Notes under the pieces: model-generated
Seen by the model: only the letters and a program-made list of their open reading frames with translations
What the model was told of the DNA's origin: nothing
Database searches by the model: none
Made by a program: the position numbers and the translations under genes
NCBI GenBank assembly: GCA_963815115.1
Contig: CAWFFN010000005.1
Location: forward strand, 128,001-192,000
Direction: 5' to 3'
DNA: 64,000 nucleotides
Origin: an uncultured delta proteobacterium
Lineage (GTDB): Bacteria > Desulfobacterota > Binatia > DP-6
Part shown: positions 1 through 8,087 of the stretch, piece after piece
How the letters are laid out: each line of letters starts with the position of its first letter
How positions within the stretch are numbered: position 1 is the stretch's first letter

Positions 1-1111
1 AGAACGTCTGCGCCACGATCGTCGGCACGACGGCGCTGCCGATGACGACCGTGACCAGCACGGTGTACTGCGTCTGGTCGATGTAGTGGTTCTCGAGACC
101 GAAGAGCGCCGAGATGGTACCGAAGGTGAGTCCGGTGGCCATCATGAGCGTCGTGTAGTTGGCTTCCCGACGTGGCAGCCGGAATGCGCGCGCCACCGGC
201 CACACGCCGATGAACTTCGCACCCAGCTTGACGCCGAGGAGCGCGATCACGAGGCCGGCGCTCGTCGCCAGCGCGGGGAGCGAGACGAAGAGCCCCGCCT
301 TCAGGAAATAGAACGGCGTCAGCATGGTGAAGGCTATCGAGCGCATCCGGGTGACGAGGATGCGGTCCTGCAGGAAGACCCCCGCCACAACGAGCCCGAT
401 CAAGTATGCGGGCAGCACGGCCTCGCTGCGCGCCGTCGTGGCAAGGCCGCCGAGGAAGAAGAGCACCAGGAAGAGCAACTTCACCTCCGGTTCGCTCACC
501 CGGCTCGCCCCGAACGTGCTGATGACCGCGCGCATCATCCGAGGCAGGTAGCGCAACACCACTGCAAGGATCGCCACGAAGACGATCAGCCAACGGTTGA
601 AGTCCGCGAAGAATACACCCAGCGCCAGGACCGTCCCGAAGTCGGTCACGAAGCAGGCGGCGAGAATCATCTTCCCGATGCTCCTGCTGCTGAGCCCGGT
701 CTCGACCATCACCGCGTAGACCACGGCGACCGACGTGGTCGAGAGCGCGATGCCACAGATGAGCGCCCCCTCGTACGTCCAGCCGATCACCCAGGAGGCG
801 AAGGCCCACGCCGCGAGGAAGGGCACCAGGAACGACACGATGCCGATCGTCAGCGCAGCCTTGAGGTGCGTACGCAGCGAGTCGGGATCGATCTCGGCGC
901 CGGCGAGGAAGGTGAGCAGACCCGCACCGAAGGTGGCGAGGAAGTTGATCCAGTCTGTGGTGTGGAAGCCCAGGAAGTTACCCGCGACGACGCCCATCCC
1001 GATCTCGAGCAACGCGACGGAGATGCCAGTGCGGATCGAGAGCACGCTGGCGACGAAGGCGAGCAGCATCCAGGCCGCCGCGATGAACCAGACGTTGGTT
1101 ATGTGCTCCAT
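1..1111 (-). CDS. cation:proton antiporter (CPA2 / Na+/H+ exchanger family), 3' end runs off the window
   Basis: Not in the ORF track because it is truncated. Manual translation from ATG at 1111 (GGAGGG RBS upstream) gives MEHITNVWFIAAAWMLLAFVASVLSIRTGISVALLEIGMGVVAGNFLG...LLTFLAGAEID..., a polytopic hydrophobic protein with LSTTSVAVVY and ACFVTDFGTV segments typical of CPA transporters. Confidence 0.88.
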   Translation of the reverse strand, partial: MEHITNVWFIAAAWMLLAFVASVLSIRTGISVALLEIGMGVVAGNFLGFHTTDWINFLATFGAGLLTFLAGAEIDPDSLRTHLKAALTIGIVSFLVPFLAAWAFASWVIGWTYEGALICGIALSTTSVAVVYAVMVETGLSSRSIGKMILAACFVTDFGTVLALGVFFADFNRWLIVFVAILAVVLRYLPRMMRAVISTFGASRVSEPEVKLLFLVLFFLGGLATTARSEAVLPAYLIGLVVAGVFLQDRILVTRMRSIAFTMLTPFYFLKAGLFVSLPALATSAGLVIALLGVKLGAKFIGVWPVARAFRLPRREANYTTLMMATGLTFGTISALFGLENHYIDQTQYTVLVTVVIGSAVVPTIVAQTF

Positions 1112-1346
1112 CGTCCGCCCTCCGTCTCGCCGGCCCGTCTGCGGGCGCATCCGGGCGACGAGCGCCCGGTCGTGACGACGCGATCGCGGCCACGGGGTCG
1201 AACGGTCCCTCGAGTGGCGCCGGTGAAGTCACGCCCTGCGACCGCGCTGCCCGGGACGCCGCCCCGCGTGCGCCAAGCCCTCTCGCAACCCGTCGGGCCG
1301 CGGTGCCTGGCTGTCTGCTGTGGGACCCCTCCCATGTGTTCTCCAG

Positions 1347-1397
1347 GTAGGGGTCATCAGCCCTGAGGGCGACTGTGCGGCGAACCCCATCCAAACC
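1347..1397 (-). promoter_or_regulatory. fluoride riboswitch (crcB motif) copy 1, upstream of the antiporter; 5' P1 strand atypical
   Basis: Minus strand GGTTTG-GATGGGGTTCGCC-GCACAGTC-GCCCT-C-AGGGC-TGATGACCCCTAC contains the conserved GATGG..GT..CGCC and GCTGATGAC..CCTAC blocks and a GGGGT/ACCCC pseudoknot pairing. Confidence 0.8.
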
Positions 1398-1474
1398 GGC
1401 AACAGAGGCCGCCGTCACCCGCGGTTTGGGATGTCAGCGCGCCCGCAGCAGGGCCGCCGCCCCGACAGCTCCCA

Positions 1475-2680
1475 TCACCGCCGCGTAGCCGAAGCCGGCG
1501 GCCGGCGAGACGGAGGCCAGAGCCATCCCACCAGCGCGCTGGCCACCAGGTCGCCCACGCCGTTGACCGCCGCGAGTGCGCCGAAGCCCGTGCCGCGCAG
1601 GGGCTCCGGCAGCAGCTCAGCGGCAACGGCGCGCTCGAGCACCTCCTCCGCAGACAGCGCCAGCCCGGCGAGGACGAAGAGTCCCGCCAGGACGAGGAGG
1701 CTCGGTCTCGCCGGGGCGACGAGGAAGCCCGCGGCCATGCCGCTGAAGACGAGATAGCCGCCGGCGAGCACGCGGCGGGCGCCGAAACGCTCGCCGAGCA
1801 CGCCGATGGGGTAGGCTGACACGGCGTGCACGAGATTGTGCAGGACATACAGGGCCACGGCTCCGCGCGCGGGGGTGAGGAGACCGGACGACGGGAGCAT
1901 CTCGACCGCGCGCAGGACGAGCAGCGAGCGCGCGAAATCACCGAGCCCGAAGAGGAACACCGCGCCGAGAAACGCCTTGAAGCGGCGGGGCAAGCCGGCC
2001 AGGCTCGCGCGCAGCGGTTGGCGCCGCCGCACCCGCGCGATCTCCCGCACGCTCGCGAAAGCCAGCACCGACAGGACTCCCGGCACGAGTGTGAGGGCAA
2101 AGATCGGCCGGTACGCGAGGTGCCCCATGAGGACGAGGGCGACGAGCGGACCGACGACCGCACCTGCGGTATCCATGGTGCGATCGAAGCCGAACGCCCG
2201 ACCGTAGGCCCACGCCGGCACCGCCTCGGCGAGCATCGCGTCGCGTACCGGGCTGCGCATCCCGCGGCCCGTCCAGCTGATCGCGCGGACGGCGAAGACG
2301 CCGAACGGGCTGCGGGCGAGCGCGAAGGCCGCCATGCCGACCCCGGTCGCGGCATACCCCACGATGCCGATGGGCTTGCGATGTCGGAGCCCGTCGCTGA
2401 ACCAGCCCGACACGATCTTCGCCGCCGTGGAGAGGGCGTCGGACACGCCTTCGAGCAGCCCAAAGGTCGCTGCCGAGCCACCGACGCTGCTGAGGAGGAA
2501 CATCGGTAGCACGGCGGTCGCCATCTCGTGGCCGGCGTCGGAAAACAGGCTCGCGAGGCCGAACGCCAGGATGTTCCGGCTGAACCAGTCGGAGCCGGCG
2601 ATCGGAACGGCCCCTGCCCGGGATCCGGCACCGTCAGCGTCCAGGGACTTGTCCGCGCCTCGCTCGTCGCGTCTTGCCAT
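1475..2680 (-). CDS. MFS transporter
   Basis: About 12 TM segments, motif A-like SGWFSDGLRHRK and GRGMRSPVRDAML/GRAFGFDRTMDTAGA. Start moved to ATG 2680 (GGAGG RBS), because the longer track start overlaps a riboswitch. Confidence 0.88.
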   Translation of the reverse strand: MARRDERGADKSLDADGAGSRAGAVPIAGSDWFSRNILAFGLASLFSDAGHEMATAVLPMFLLSSVGGSAATFGLLEGVSDALSTAAKIVSGWFSDGLRHRKPIGIVGYAATGVGMAAFALARSPFGVFAVRAISWTGRGMRSPVRDAMLAEAVPAWAYGRAFGFDRTMDTAGAVVGPLVALVLMGHLAYRPIFALTLVPGVLSVLAFASVREIARVRRRQPLRASLAGLPRRFKAFLGAVFLFGLGDFARSLLVLRAVEMLPSSGLLTPARGAVALYVLHNLVHAVSAYPIGVLGERFGARRVLAGGYLVFSGMAAGFLVAPARPSLLVLAGLFVLAGLALSAEEVLERAVAAELLPEPLRGTGFGALAAVNGVGDLVASALVGWLWPPSRRPPASATRR

Positions 2681-2737
2681 GCGTCCTCCTGGAGCTCCGC
2701 ATGGCATGCGCATGATCTCCCGCCGTGCGGCTCGTTG

Positions 2738-2793
2738 GCAGGAGTCATCACCCCGACGTGCTACGCGGGGAATTCGGGCGGACCCCATCGCCC
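2738..2793 (-). promoter_or_regulatory. fluoride riboswitch (crcB motif) copy 2, upstream of the MFS gene
   Basis: Minus strand GGGCG-ATGGGGTC-CGCCC-GAATT-CCCCG..CGGGG-TGATGACTCCTGC: P1 GGGCG/CGCCC, ATGG loop, second stem, TGATGAC and GGGGT/ACTCC pseudoknot. Confidence 0.88.
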
Positions 2794-2811
2794 GTCGGTA
2801 CGTCTGCAGCG

Positions 2812-2840
2812 TGGATATTCGCCGTTCCTGTCTGCGTCAA
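2812..2840 (-). promoter_or_regulatory. putative sigma70 promoter for the riboswitch 2-MFS transcript
   Basis: TTGACG-N17-TATCCA on the minus strand, about 20 nt upstream of riboswitch 2; the -10 is imperfect. Confidence 0.4.
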
Positions 2841-2884
2841 CGCCGCCGGGAAGGCATGGCGGTGCTCCTGCGGGAGCCGGCGCC

Positions 2885-2913
2885 TTGTCGCGTCGTGCGA
2901 ACGTTGCTAGGTT
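2885..2913 (+). promoter_or_regulatory. putative sigma70 promoter for the riboswitch 3-dynamin-crcB operon
   Basis: TTGTCG-N17-TAGGTT with an extended TGn, 17 nt upstream of riboswitch 3. Confidence 0.5.
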
Positions 2914-2930
2914 CCAACCAGCTAATCGGC

Positions 2931-2986
2931 GGGCATGGGGTGCGCCCGGAACCGCCGCCGGTCACCCGGCGGCTGATGACTCCTCG
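2931..2986 (+). promoter_or_regulatory. fluoride riboswitch (crcB motif) copy 3, upstream of the dynamin-crcB operon
   Basis: GGGC-ATGGGGTGC-GCCC-GG-AACC-GCCGCCGG-TCAC-CCGGCGGC-TGATGACTCCT shows P1, the AAC linker, the second stem, GCTGATGAC and the pseudoknot; it leads an operon containing crcB. Confidence 0.85.
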
Positions 2987-3010
2987 ACCGAACGTAAACC
3001 CGAGGACATC

Positions 3011-4738
3011 ATGCCCGCCGCCGCACAGCCAACCGCAACCACGCCGCCCGCGGAGCCGCTGCATCACCTAGCGACGCTCGCGGAGGCGGTCGGTCTCGCC
3101 GGCGTCGCCGACGAGGCGCGGGCCTTTGCCGGGCGCGTCGCCGAGGGGCGCTTCTTCGTGGCCTGCGTGGGGCAGTTCAAGCGCGGGAAGTCCACCCTGC
3201 TGAACGCTCTGGTCGGCGACCCTGTCCTGCCGACCGGCGTCGTGCCCGTCACCGCGGTCGTGACCGTCGTCCGACACGGAGCGGGGCGGCGGGCGCGCGT
3301 GCGCCACGTCCACGGGGACTGGGAAGACGTCCCCGTCGATCGGCTTGCCGACTACGTGACCGAGGACGGGAACCCGGGGAACCAGCGGCGCATCGCCGGT
3401 GTCGAGGTCTTCGTTCCCCATCGCCTCCTCGCCGCCGGGATGTGCCTCGTCGACACCCCCGGCCTCGGCTCCGTCTTCACCGCGAGCACGGAGGCCACTC
3501 GCGCCTTTCTCCCCCACCTGGACGCCGCCGTGATCGTGCTCGGCGCCGACCCGCCGATCTCCGCCGAGGAGCTGGAGCTGGTCGCCGCTGCGGCCGGACA
3601 GGTGACCGACCTCATCGTCGTCTTCAACAAGGCGGATCGCCTGTCCGACACCGAGCGGACGGATGCGCGCGCGTTCACCGACCGTGTGCTCCGCGAACGC
3701 CTCGGCCATTCTGTCGGCCGCATCCTCGATGTCAGCGCCACCGAGCGCCTCGCAGCGACGGGCCCGGCGCGCGACTGGGACGCCCTGTGTCTCGCGCTCG
3801 AGACGCTGGCGGTGCGCTCGGGCGCGGACCTGGTGCGCGCGGCGGAGGCCAGAGGACTGCGCGTGCTCACGGGACGCTTGCTGGGCGAGCTGGACGAGCG
3901 TCGCGACGCGCTCCTCCGCCCGCTGGACGAGTCCGTCGCACGGATCGAGGTGCTGCGCCGGAGCGTCGCGGAGGCCGAGGATGCGCTCGCCGACCTCCAC
4001 TATCAGCTCGCCGGCGAGCAGGAGCGGCTCACGCGCGAGCTGGGCGACCGGCTCCGGGGCTTCCTCGCCAAGGCGATCCACCAGGCCCGGCGCGCGTTCG
4101 CGCGCTCGATGGAGCCATCCCGCGGGCGCCGCGGCAAGGCCCTGCGCGAGGATGCCGTTCAGCAGGCGCAGGGCGTTGCGCGAGCCGTCTTCGACCGCTG
4201 GCGCGTCGAGGAGGCGCCTGCAGCCGAGGCGCGATACCGCGAGACGTCGCGCCGCTTCGTCGACACCGCGAACGCGTTTCTCACCCGCATCGGGTCGGCC
4301 GCTGCCTTCGACGCAGTACACGTCCCCCACGTCCTGGGCGAGGAGACCGGCTTCCGCGTCACGAGCGACCTTCGCTACACGGAGCTGCTGTACCTCACCA
4401 TGCCGCCGCCGCTTGCTCGCCCGCTTCTGATCCTCCTCACGCGACGGCAGGAGTTCCGTCTCGTGAGCCGTCGTGGCGCCGACTACCTCGAACGGCTCGT
4501 CTTCACGAATGCGCATCGGGTCACCAACGCGCTGATCGAGCAGGCCCTGGAGAGCCGTCGCCGGCTGGAGGCGGACCTCGGGCACCAACTGTACGAGGTC
4601 GTCCGTTGTGCCGAACGGGCGCTGGCGGAGGCGCGAGCCTACCAGGCCAGGGGGCAGGCGGCCGTCGAGGCGGAGCTCCACCGCCTCGAATCATTGCGCG
4701 ACGCGGTGGCCACGCTGACACCGCCCGGTGGCCCGTGA
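3011..4738 (+). CDS. bacterial dynamin-like GTPase (dynamin family protein)
   Basis: G1 GQFKRGKSTLLN, G2 PTGVVPVT, G3 LVDTPG, G4 NKAD, followed by a long helical/coiled-coil region. ATG 3011 with GAGGA RBS. Confidence 0.85.
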   Translation: MPAAAQPTATTPPAEPLHHLATLAEAVGLAGVADEARAFAGRVAEGRFFVACVGQFKRGKSTLLNALVGDPVLPTGVVPVTAVVTVVRHGAGRRARVRHVHGDWEDVPVDRLADYVTEDGNPGNQRRIAGVEVFVPHRLLAAGMCLVDTPGLGSVFTASTEATRAFLPHLDAAVIVLGADPPISAEELELVAAAAGQVTDLIVVFNKADRLSDTERTDARAFTDRVLRERLGHSVGRILDVSATERLAATGPARDWDALCLALETLAVRSGADLVRAAEARGLRVLTGRLLGELDERRDALLRPLDESVARIEVLRRSVAEAEDALADLHYQLAGEQERLTRELGDRLRGFLAKAIHQARRAFARSMEPSRGRRGKALREDAVQQAQGVARAVFDRWRVEEAPAAEARYRETSRRFVDTANAFLTRIGSAAAFDAVHVPHVLGEETGFRVTSDLRYTELLYLTMPPPLARPLLILLTRRQEFRLVSRRGADYLERLVFTNAHRVTNALIEQALESRRRLEADLGHQLYEVVRCAERALAEARAYQARGQAAVEAELHRLESLRDAVATLTPPGGP

Positions 4739-5106
4739 AGGGGGTTCTCTGGGTCGGCCTGGGCGGCTTTGTCGGGGCCAACGCCCGCTACCTGCTCGCG
4801 ACCTGGATCGCGGGACGCGCGGGCACCACCTTCCCGCTCGGGACGTTGGTCATCAACCTCTCGGGCAGCTTCGTCCTGGGCCTGCTCGTCGGTGTGCTCG
4901 AGAATCACGTCACTCCGCCGACGCTGCGGCTGGCGCTCGCCACCGGATTCCTCGGCGCCTATACCACGTTCTCGACGTTCACCTACGAGACGATTCGACT
5001 GGTCGAGGAAGGCAGCGTCCTGCTGGCGGCGCTCAACGCCGGCGGGAGCCTCGCACTCGGGCTCGGCGCCGTCTTCGGCGGCCTCGGTCTCGGGAGAGCC
5101 CTGTGA
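4735..5106 (+). CDS. crcB: fluoride efflux channel Fluc/CrcB
   Basis: 123 aa; GGFVGANARY, FPLGTLVINLSGSF and GFLGAYTTFSTF signatures. The GTG overlaps the upstream stop (GTGA). Confidence 0.95.
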   Translation: MKGVLWVGLGGFVGANARYLLATWIAGRAGTTFPLGTLVINLSGSFVLGLLVGVLENHVTPPTLRLALATGFLGAYTTFSTFTYETIRLVEEGSVLLAALNAGGSLALGLGAVFGGLGLGRAL

Positions 5107-5137
5107 CGCCCGGCCCACGGCACGAGGAGGTATCGTC

Positions 5138-6418
5138 ATGCGCGGCAAACGGATGACCATCTTCATCGACGAGACCGACCATTGGGGGCACCGGTCGCTG
5201 TACCTCGCCATCCTCGAGCGCCTGAAGGCCGCCGGATGCGCCGGCGCCACGGCCGTCCGCGGCGTCGCCGGGTTCGGCCCGCACTCGCAGATCAAGACCG
5301 CACGTCTGGTCGACGTGGTGATGGCGCTGCCGATCGTGATCAGCGTGATCGACCTCCCTGACCGCATCGAGCGCTTCGCCGGCGAGGTGGCGGAGATGAT
5401 GTCGGGGGGGGTGGTCGTGCTGGAGGATGTCGAGGTCCACTTCTACTCCGCCGCCTTCCGTGGGGGCCTGCCCGACGTCGAGGTGGCCGACGTCATGTCC
5501 CGCGCCCCGGAATTCGTCACGCCGGACACGCCGCTGGTGGAAGTGGTCCGGCGGTTGCTCGAGCGCGACTACACGGTGCTGCCCGTGGTGGACCCGGAGC
5601 GCCGGGTGGTGGGAGTCATCGGCGACCAAGACCTGCTCGCCCGGGGCGTCATCAGCGAGAGCCTGCACATGCACCGGGCGACCGCTGAAATCCCGCCCGA
5701 CACGCTGCAGCGGCTCACGTCGAACGGCGGCGTGGTGCGCGACGTGATGACCGCACCGGCCACGACGGTGCAGGAATCCGCGCGCGTCCCCGAAGCCGCG
5801 CGGCTGATGCACGAGCGACATCTGAAGCGGCTGCCCGTCGTCGACGACGCGGGCCACCTGGTGGGCGTGGTCGGTCGGCTCGATATCCTGAGCAGCATCG
5901 CGGCCGGCTATACGCGCAGGACGGCCCCGCGCACCGCGGGGCTTCCACAGGAACATCGCACGGTGGGCGAGATCATGGAGCGCGGGGTTCCGACCGTGGC
6001 AGAGACGACGCCCCTCGGCGACGTGGTGGAGCGCCTGCTCGACTCGGCGGTCCACGAGGTGATCGTGGTCGACGCTGAGGGGCGGCCACTCGGCATCATC
6101 ACGGCCGCCAACGTCTTGGTGAGAGCGGACCCGGTGGAGCGGCCCGGCCTGCTCACCCAGCTGCGCAGCCGCTGGAACGCGGAGGCCAAGCGGCAGGTGC
6201 GCCGCGTGTACGGCCAGCGGGCGGCGGACGTGATGGCGTCGCCTGTGATCACCGTCCGCGACACCGACCCGGTGATGACGGCGCTCACGCTCTCGGCCAC
6301 GAAGCACGTGAAGCGTCCACCGGTCGTGGACGGCGAGGGGCGGCTCGTGGGGGTGGTGGGGCGACCGGCCCTGCTGGCGGCGTCGCTCGACGTGGACACC
6401 GGCGACGCGGAGAAATGA
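5138..6418 (+). CDS. DUF190 (PII-like) domain fused to two CBS pairs
   Basis: N-terminal GCAGATAVRGVAGFG...LPIVISVID is DUF190-like, followed by repeated VADVM/LPVVD...VGVI CBS motifs (4x). GAGGAGG RBS. Confidence 0.85.
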   Translation: MRGKRMTIFIDETDHWGHRSLYLAILERLKAAGCAGATAVRGVAGFGPHSQIKTARLVDVVMALPIVISVIDLPDRIERFAGEVAEMMSGGVVVLEDVEVHFYSAAFRGGLPDVEVADVMSRAPEFVTPDTPLVEVVRRLLERDYTVLPVVDPERRVVGVIGDQDLLARGVISESLHMHRATAEIPPDTLQRLTSNGGVVRDVMTAPATTVQESARVPEAARLMHERHLKRLPVVDDAGHLVGVVGRLDILSSIAAGYTRRTAPRTAGLPQEHRTVGEIMERGVPTVAETTPLGDVVERLLDSAVHEVIVVDAEGRPLGIITAANVLVRADPVERPGLLTQLRSRWNAEAKRQVRRVYGQRAADVMASPVITVRDTDPVMTALTLSATKHVKRPPVVDGEGRLVGVVGRPALLAASLDVDTGDAEK

Positions 6419-6929
6419 GTCAGGTCATTCGGGGGGTCAGCGCGGGGAGCGCCGAAGCGGGGCCACGGACGTCTGCCGCCATTCGCCGACGATCTCCCCG
6501 GGGCTGCCTCTTGCGGACCTATCTAAAGATGTCGCATTGGCGTTGACAGATCGCGCCGCGCGGCCATCCGTCGGTCCCCGACCCCAGCGCCGCCCGGCTG
6601 TAGAGCTACTTGTCGTGCCCGACATGAAGGGGCCAGGCGAGTTCCCGCGCACCCATGGGTTGAACACGGTTGCGGCCGATCCGGGATGCTACAATGAAGT
6701 CAGCTGGAGATCCAGAAGAGGAGGCCGCATCGTGATGACGAAGTCGGGGAGGGAACAGCAGCGCCGGGGTTGCGCAAGGCGGGCGCCCCGCGCTGAGATC
6801 GAGGCTTCGTTGCTGGGCACAGCCGAAGCCCGACGTGTTCGGCGTGCAGCATGAGCTGCGGCACATCGTGCGGAGGCTCGAGGTGATTCCTGAATCGGCC
6901 GGACGAGAAGTTGTCACGGAGAAGGGACG

Positions 6930-7250
6930 ATGGTGACGAAGCCGCGCTCACGTCTGCGCGATGAGACCCTCATTGCGCTCCTCGGCCCCGGGGACACCGC
7001 CACCCTCTGCCAGTTCGGTGGCGGGCGGCGCGTGCCGAGCCACGCGCAGTACCTCGCGTGGCAGCGGCGGCTGCTGCTCCTCCACGACTGGCTGCACAAC
7101 GGCTACAGCCAGCGCGCGCTCGCGGCCAAGTACGGGCTGTCCCTCCCGGCCGTGAAGAAGCTCGCGACGTCCTACCTGCGCCAGAAGCGTCTCGCGGAAT
7201 TGCGCGGCACCACCGGACGCGGTCCGGCGTCGCCGAGGCGCGGTTCATGA
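6930..7250 (+). CDS. Mor/C-like HTH transcriptional regulator (phage-derived)
   Basis: LCQFGGGRRVP ... NGYSQRALAAKYGLSLPAVKKL resembles the Mor activator pattern; AAGGGA RBS. Confidence 0.5.
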   Translation: MVTKPRSRLRDETLIALLGPGDTATLCQFGGGRRVPSHAQYLAWQRRLLLLHDWLHNGYSQRALAAKYGLSLPAVKKLATSYLRQKRLAELRGTTGRGPASPRRGS

Positions 7251-7540
7251 CGCAGCCCTCCGTGGCCCAAGTGCTCGCCTGCCAGTGGCGAGAGCGGGCC
7301 ACGTTCAGCGCCCGAGTGGTTGCCCTCGAGCGTGCCCTCCAAGCCGACCTTGACCGCCTGCAAGACGCGCCGTTCACGCCGCGCGTCCCCGTGACCGTCC
7401 GGCTGACGCTCGACGAGCTGAGCTGTTTAGGTTTCCCAGGTAGTGGTGCCGGGCGGCAACAAGGCGGCGGTGGACCGTCTCGACGACGCTCCCGCCGCAA
7501 CGATCCGCAACCTATCCGCAACCTCCGAGGTCGCGGCTGA
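7247..7540 (+). CDS. hypothetical protein, probably truncated or chimeric at its 3' end
   Basis: ATGA overlap with the upstream gene; its tail runs out of frame through the integrase relic. Confidence 0.3.
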   Translation: MTQPSVAQVLACQWRERATFSARVVALERALQADLDRLQDAPFTPRVPVTVRLTLDELSCLGFPGSGAGRQQGGGGPSRRRSRRNDPQPIRNLRGRG

Positions 7541-7556
7541 GCTGGGAGCACGCTAA
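7446..7556 (+). pseudogene. C-terminal relic of a tyrosine integrase next to tRNA-Ala
   Basis: Frame reads VPGGNKAAVDRLDDAPAATIRNLSATSEVAAELGAR*. This resembles the post-catalytic-Tyr tail (YGHLxPGxNxxAVDRLD) of tRNA-targeting integrases and ends 17 nt from the tRNA 3' end. Confidence 0.55.
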
Positions 7557-7573
7557 GCGTGCAGAATCGTGAG

Positions 7574-7646
7574 TGGAGCCGAGGGGAGTCGAACCCCCGA
7601 CCTCTAGAGTGCGATTCTAGCGCTCTCCCAGCTGAGCTACGGCCCC
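7574..7646 (-). tRNA. tRNA-Ala(CGC)
   Basis: GGGGCCGTAGCTCAGCTGGGAGAGCG-CTAGA-ATCGCAC-TCTAG-AGGTC-GGGGGTTCGACTCCCC-TCGGCTCCA forms a cloverleaf with a G3-U70 pair and anticodon CGC; CCA not encoded. Confidence 0.96.
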
Positions 7647-7738
7647 ACAAGCGCGCCTGACGGCGCCGGACGGAGACCGCAGGCTATAGCCAGGCGACCC
7701 CGCGAAATCAACCGCCGAGCTCGACGGCGCGGGCGCGC

Positions 7739-8020
7739 TCAGCGCTTCGACGCCGGGGGCTTCACATTGATGATGAGATCGCCGTCCGTCGCCAGCGCCG
7801 CACCACCCTCGTGACGCTGCCACCCGTCTCCCCCTCGCTTCCAGCGGCTGATCTCTCGCGGCTGAGGCAGCTCGAGGCGGCGGCGGACGTCCTCCGCCAT
7901 GCGCTCGGCCCTGAGCAGATCGGTTGCGCGCGGCGTTTCGCTGCGCGGCTGATCGACCAGCCCGACAGCCCGAGAGCCCAGCAATCCGCCCAACATCAGC
8001 ATTGCCAGCATGGTGCGCAT
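7739..8020 (-). CDS. small hypothetical protein with signal-peptide-like N-terminus
   Basis: [15 protein letters not shown]... fills the gap between copA and the tRNA; no recognised family. Confidence 0.35.
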   Translation of the reverse strand: MRTMLAMLMLGGLLGSRAVGLVDQPRSETPRATDLLRAERMAEDVRRRLELPQPREISRWKRGGDGWQRHEGGAALATDGDLIINVKPPASKR

Positions 8021-8087
8021 GCGGACCACGGGAGCACGCGTCGTGCCGGGGTTTGACACGCCGGCCGGAGGACCCGAAAGGCTCTCC

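Noticed and set aside
1205-1305. Possible fourth structured RNA (Na+/Li+ riboswitch-like) in the antiporter leader
   Set aside because: Only short fragments (e.g. GTCGGGCCGC) resemble such motifs, and they are on the wrong strand; cannot be supported without a covariance search.
1099-1335. 78-aa ORF between riboswitch 1 and the antiporter
   Set aside because: It has an RBS but low-complexity, non-protein-like composition. Kept only as part of the leader finding, not called as a CDS.
86-1366. 426-aa plus-strand ORF and the many other long overlapping ORFs (e.g. 7617-10058 -, 23029-25785 +, 25458-28118 -, 35968-38736 +)
   Set aside because: These are antisense or alternate-frame shadows of recognisable genes, expected at this GC content; they are Arg/Gly/Ala-rich with no motifs.
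2528-3010. N-terminal extensions of the dynamin ORF (from 2528) and the MFS ORF (from 2788)
   Set aside because: They run through riboswitches and promoters; the downstream ATGs at 3011 and 2680 have good RBSs.
6735-6854. 39-codon ORF after a strong GAGGAGG RBS and extended -10
   Set aside because: No recognisable features; it may be a decayed phage gene; insufficient support.
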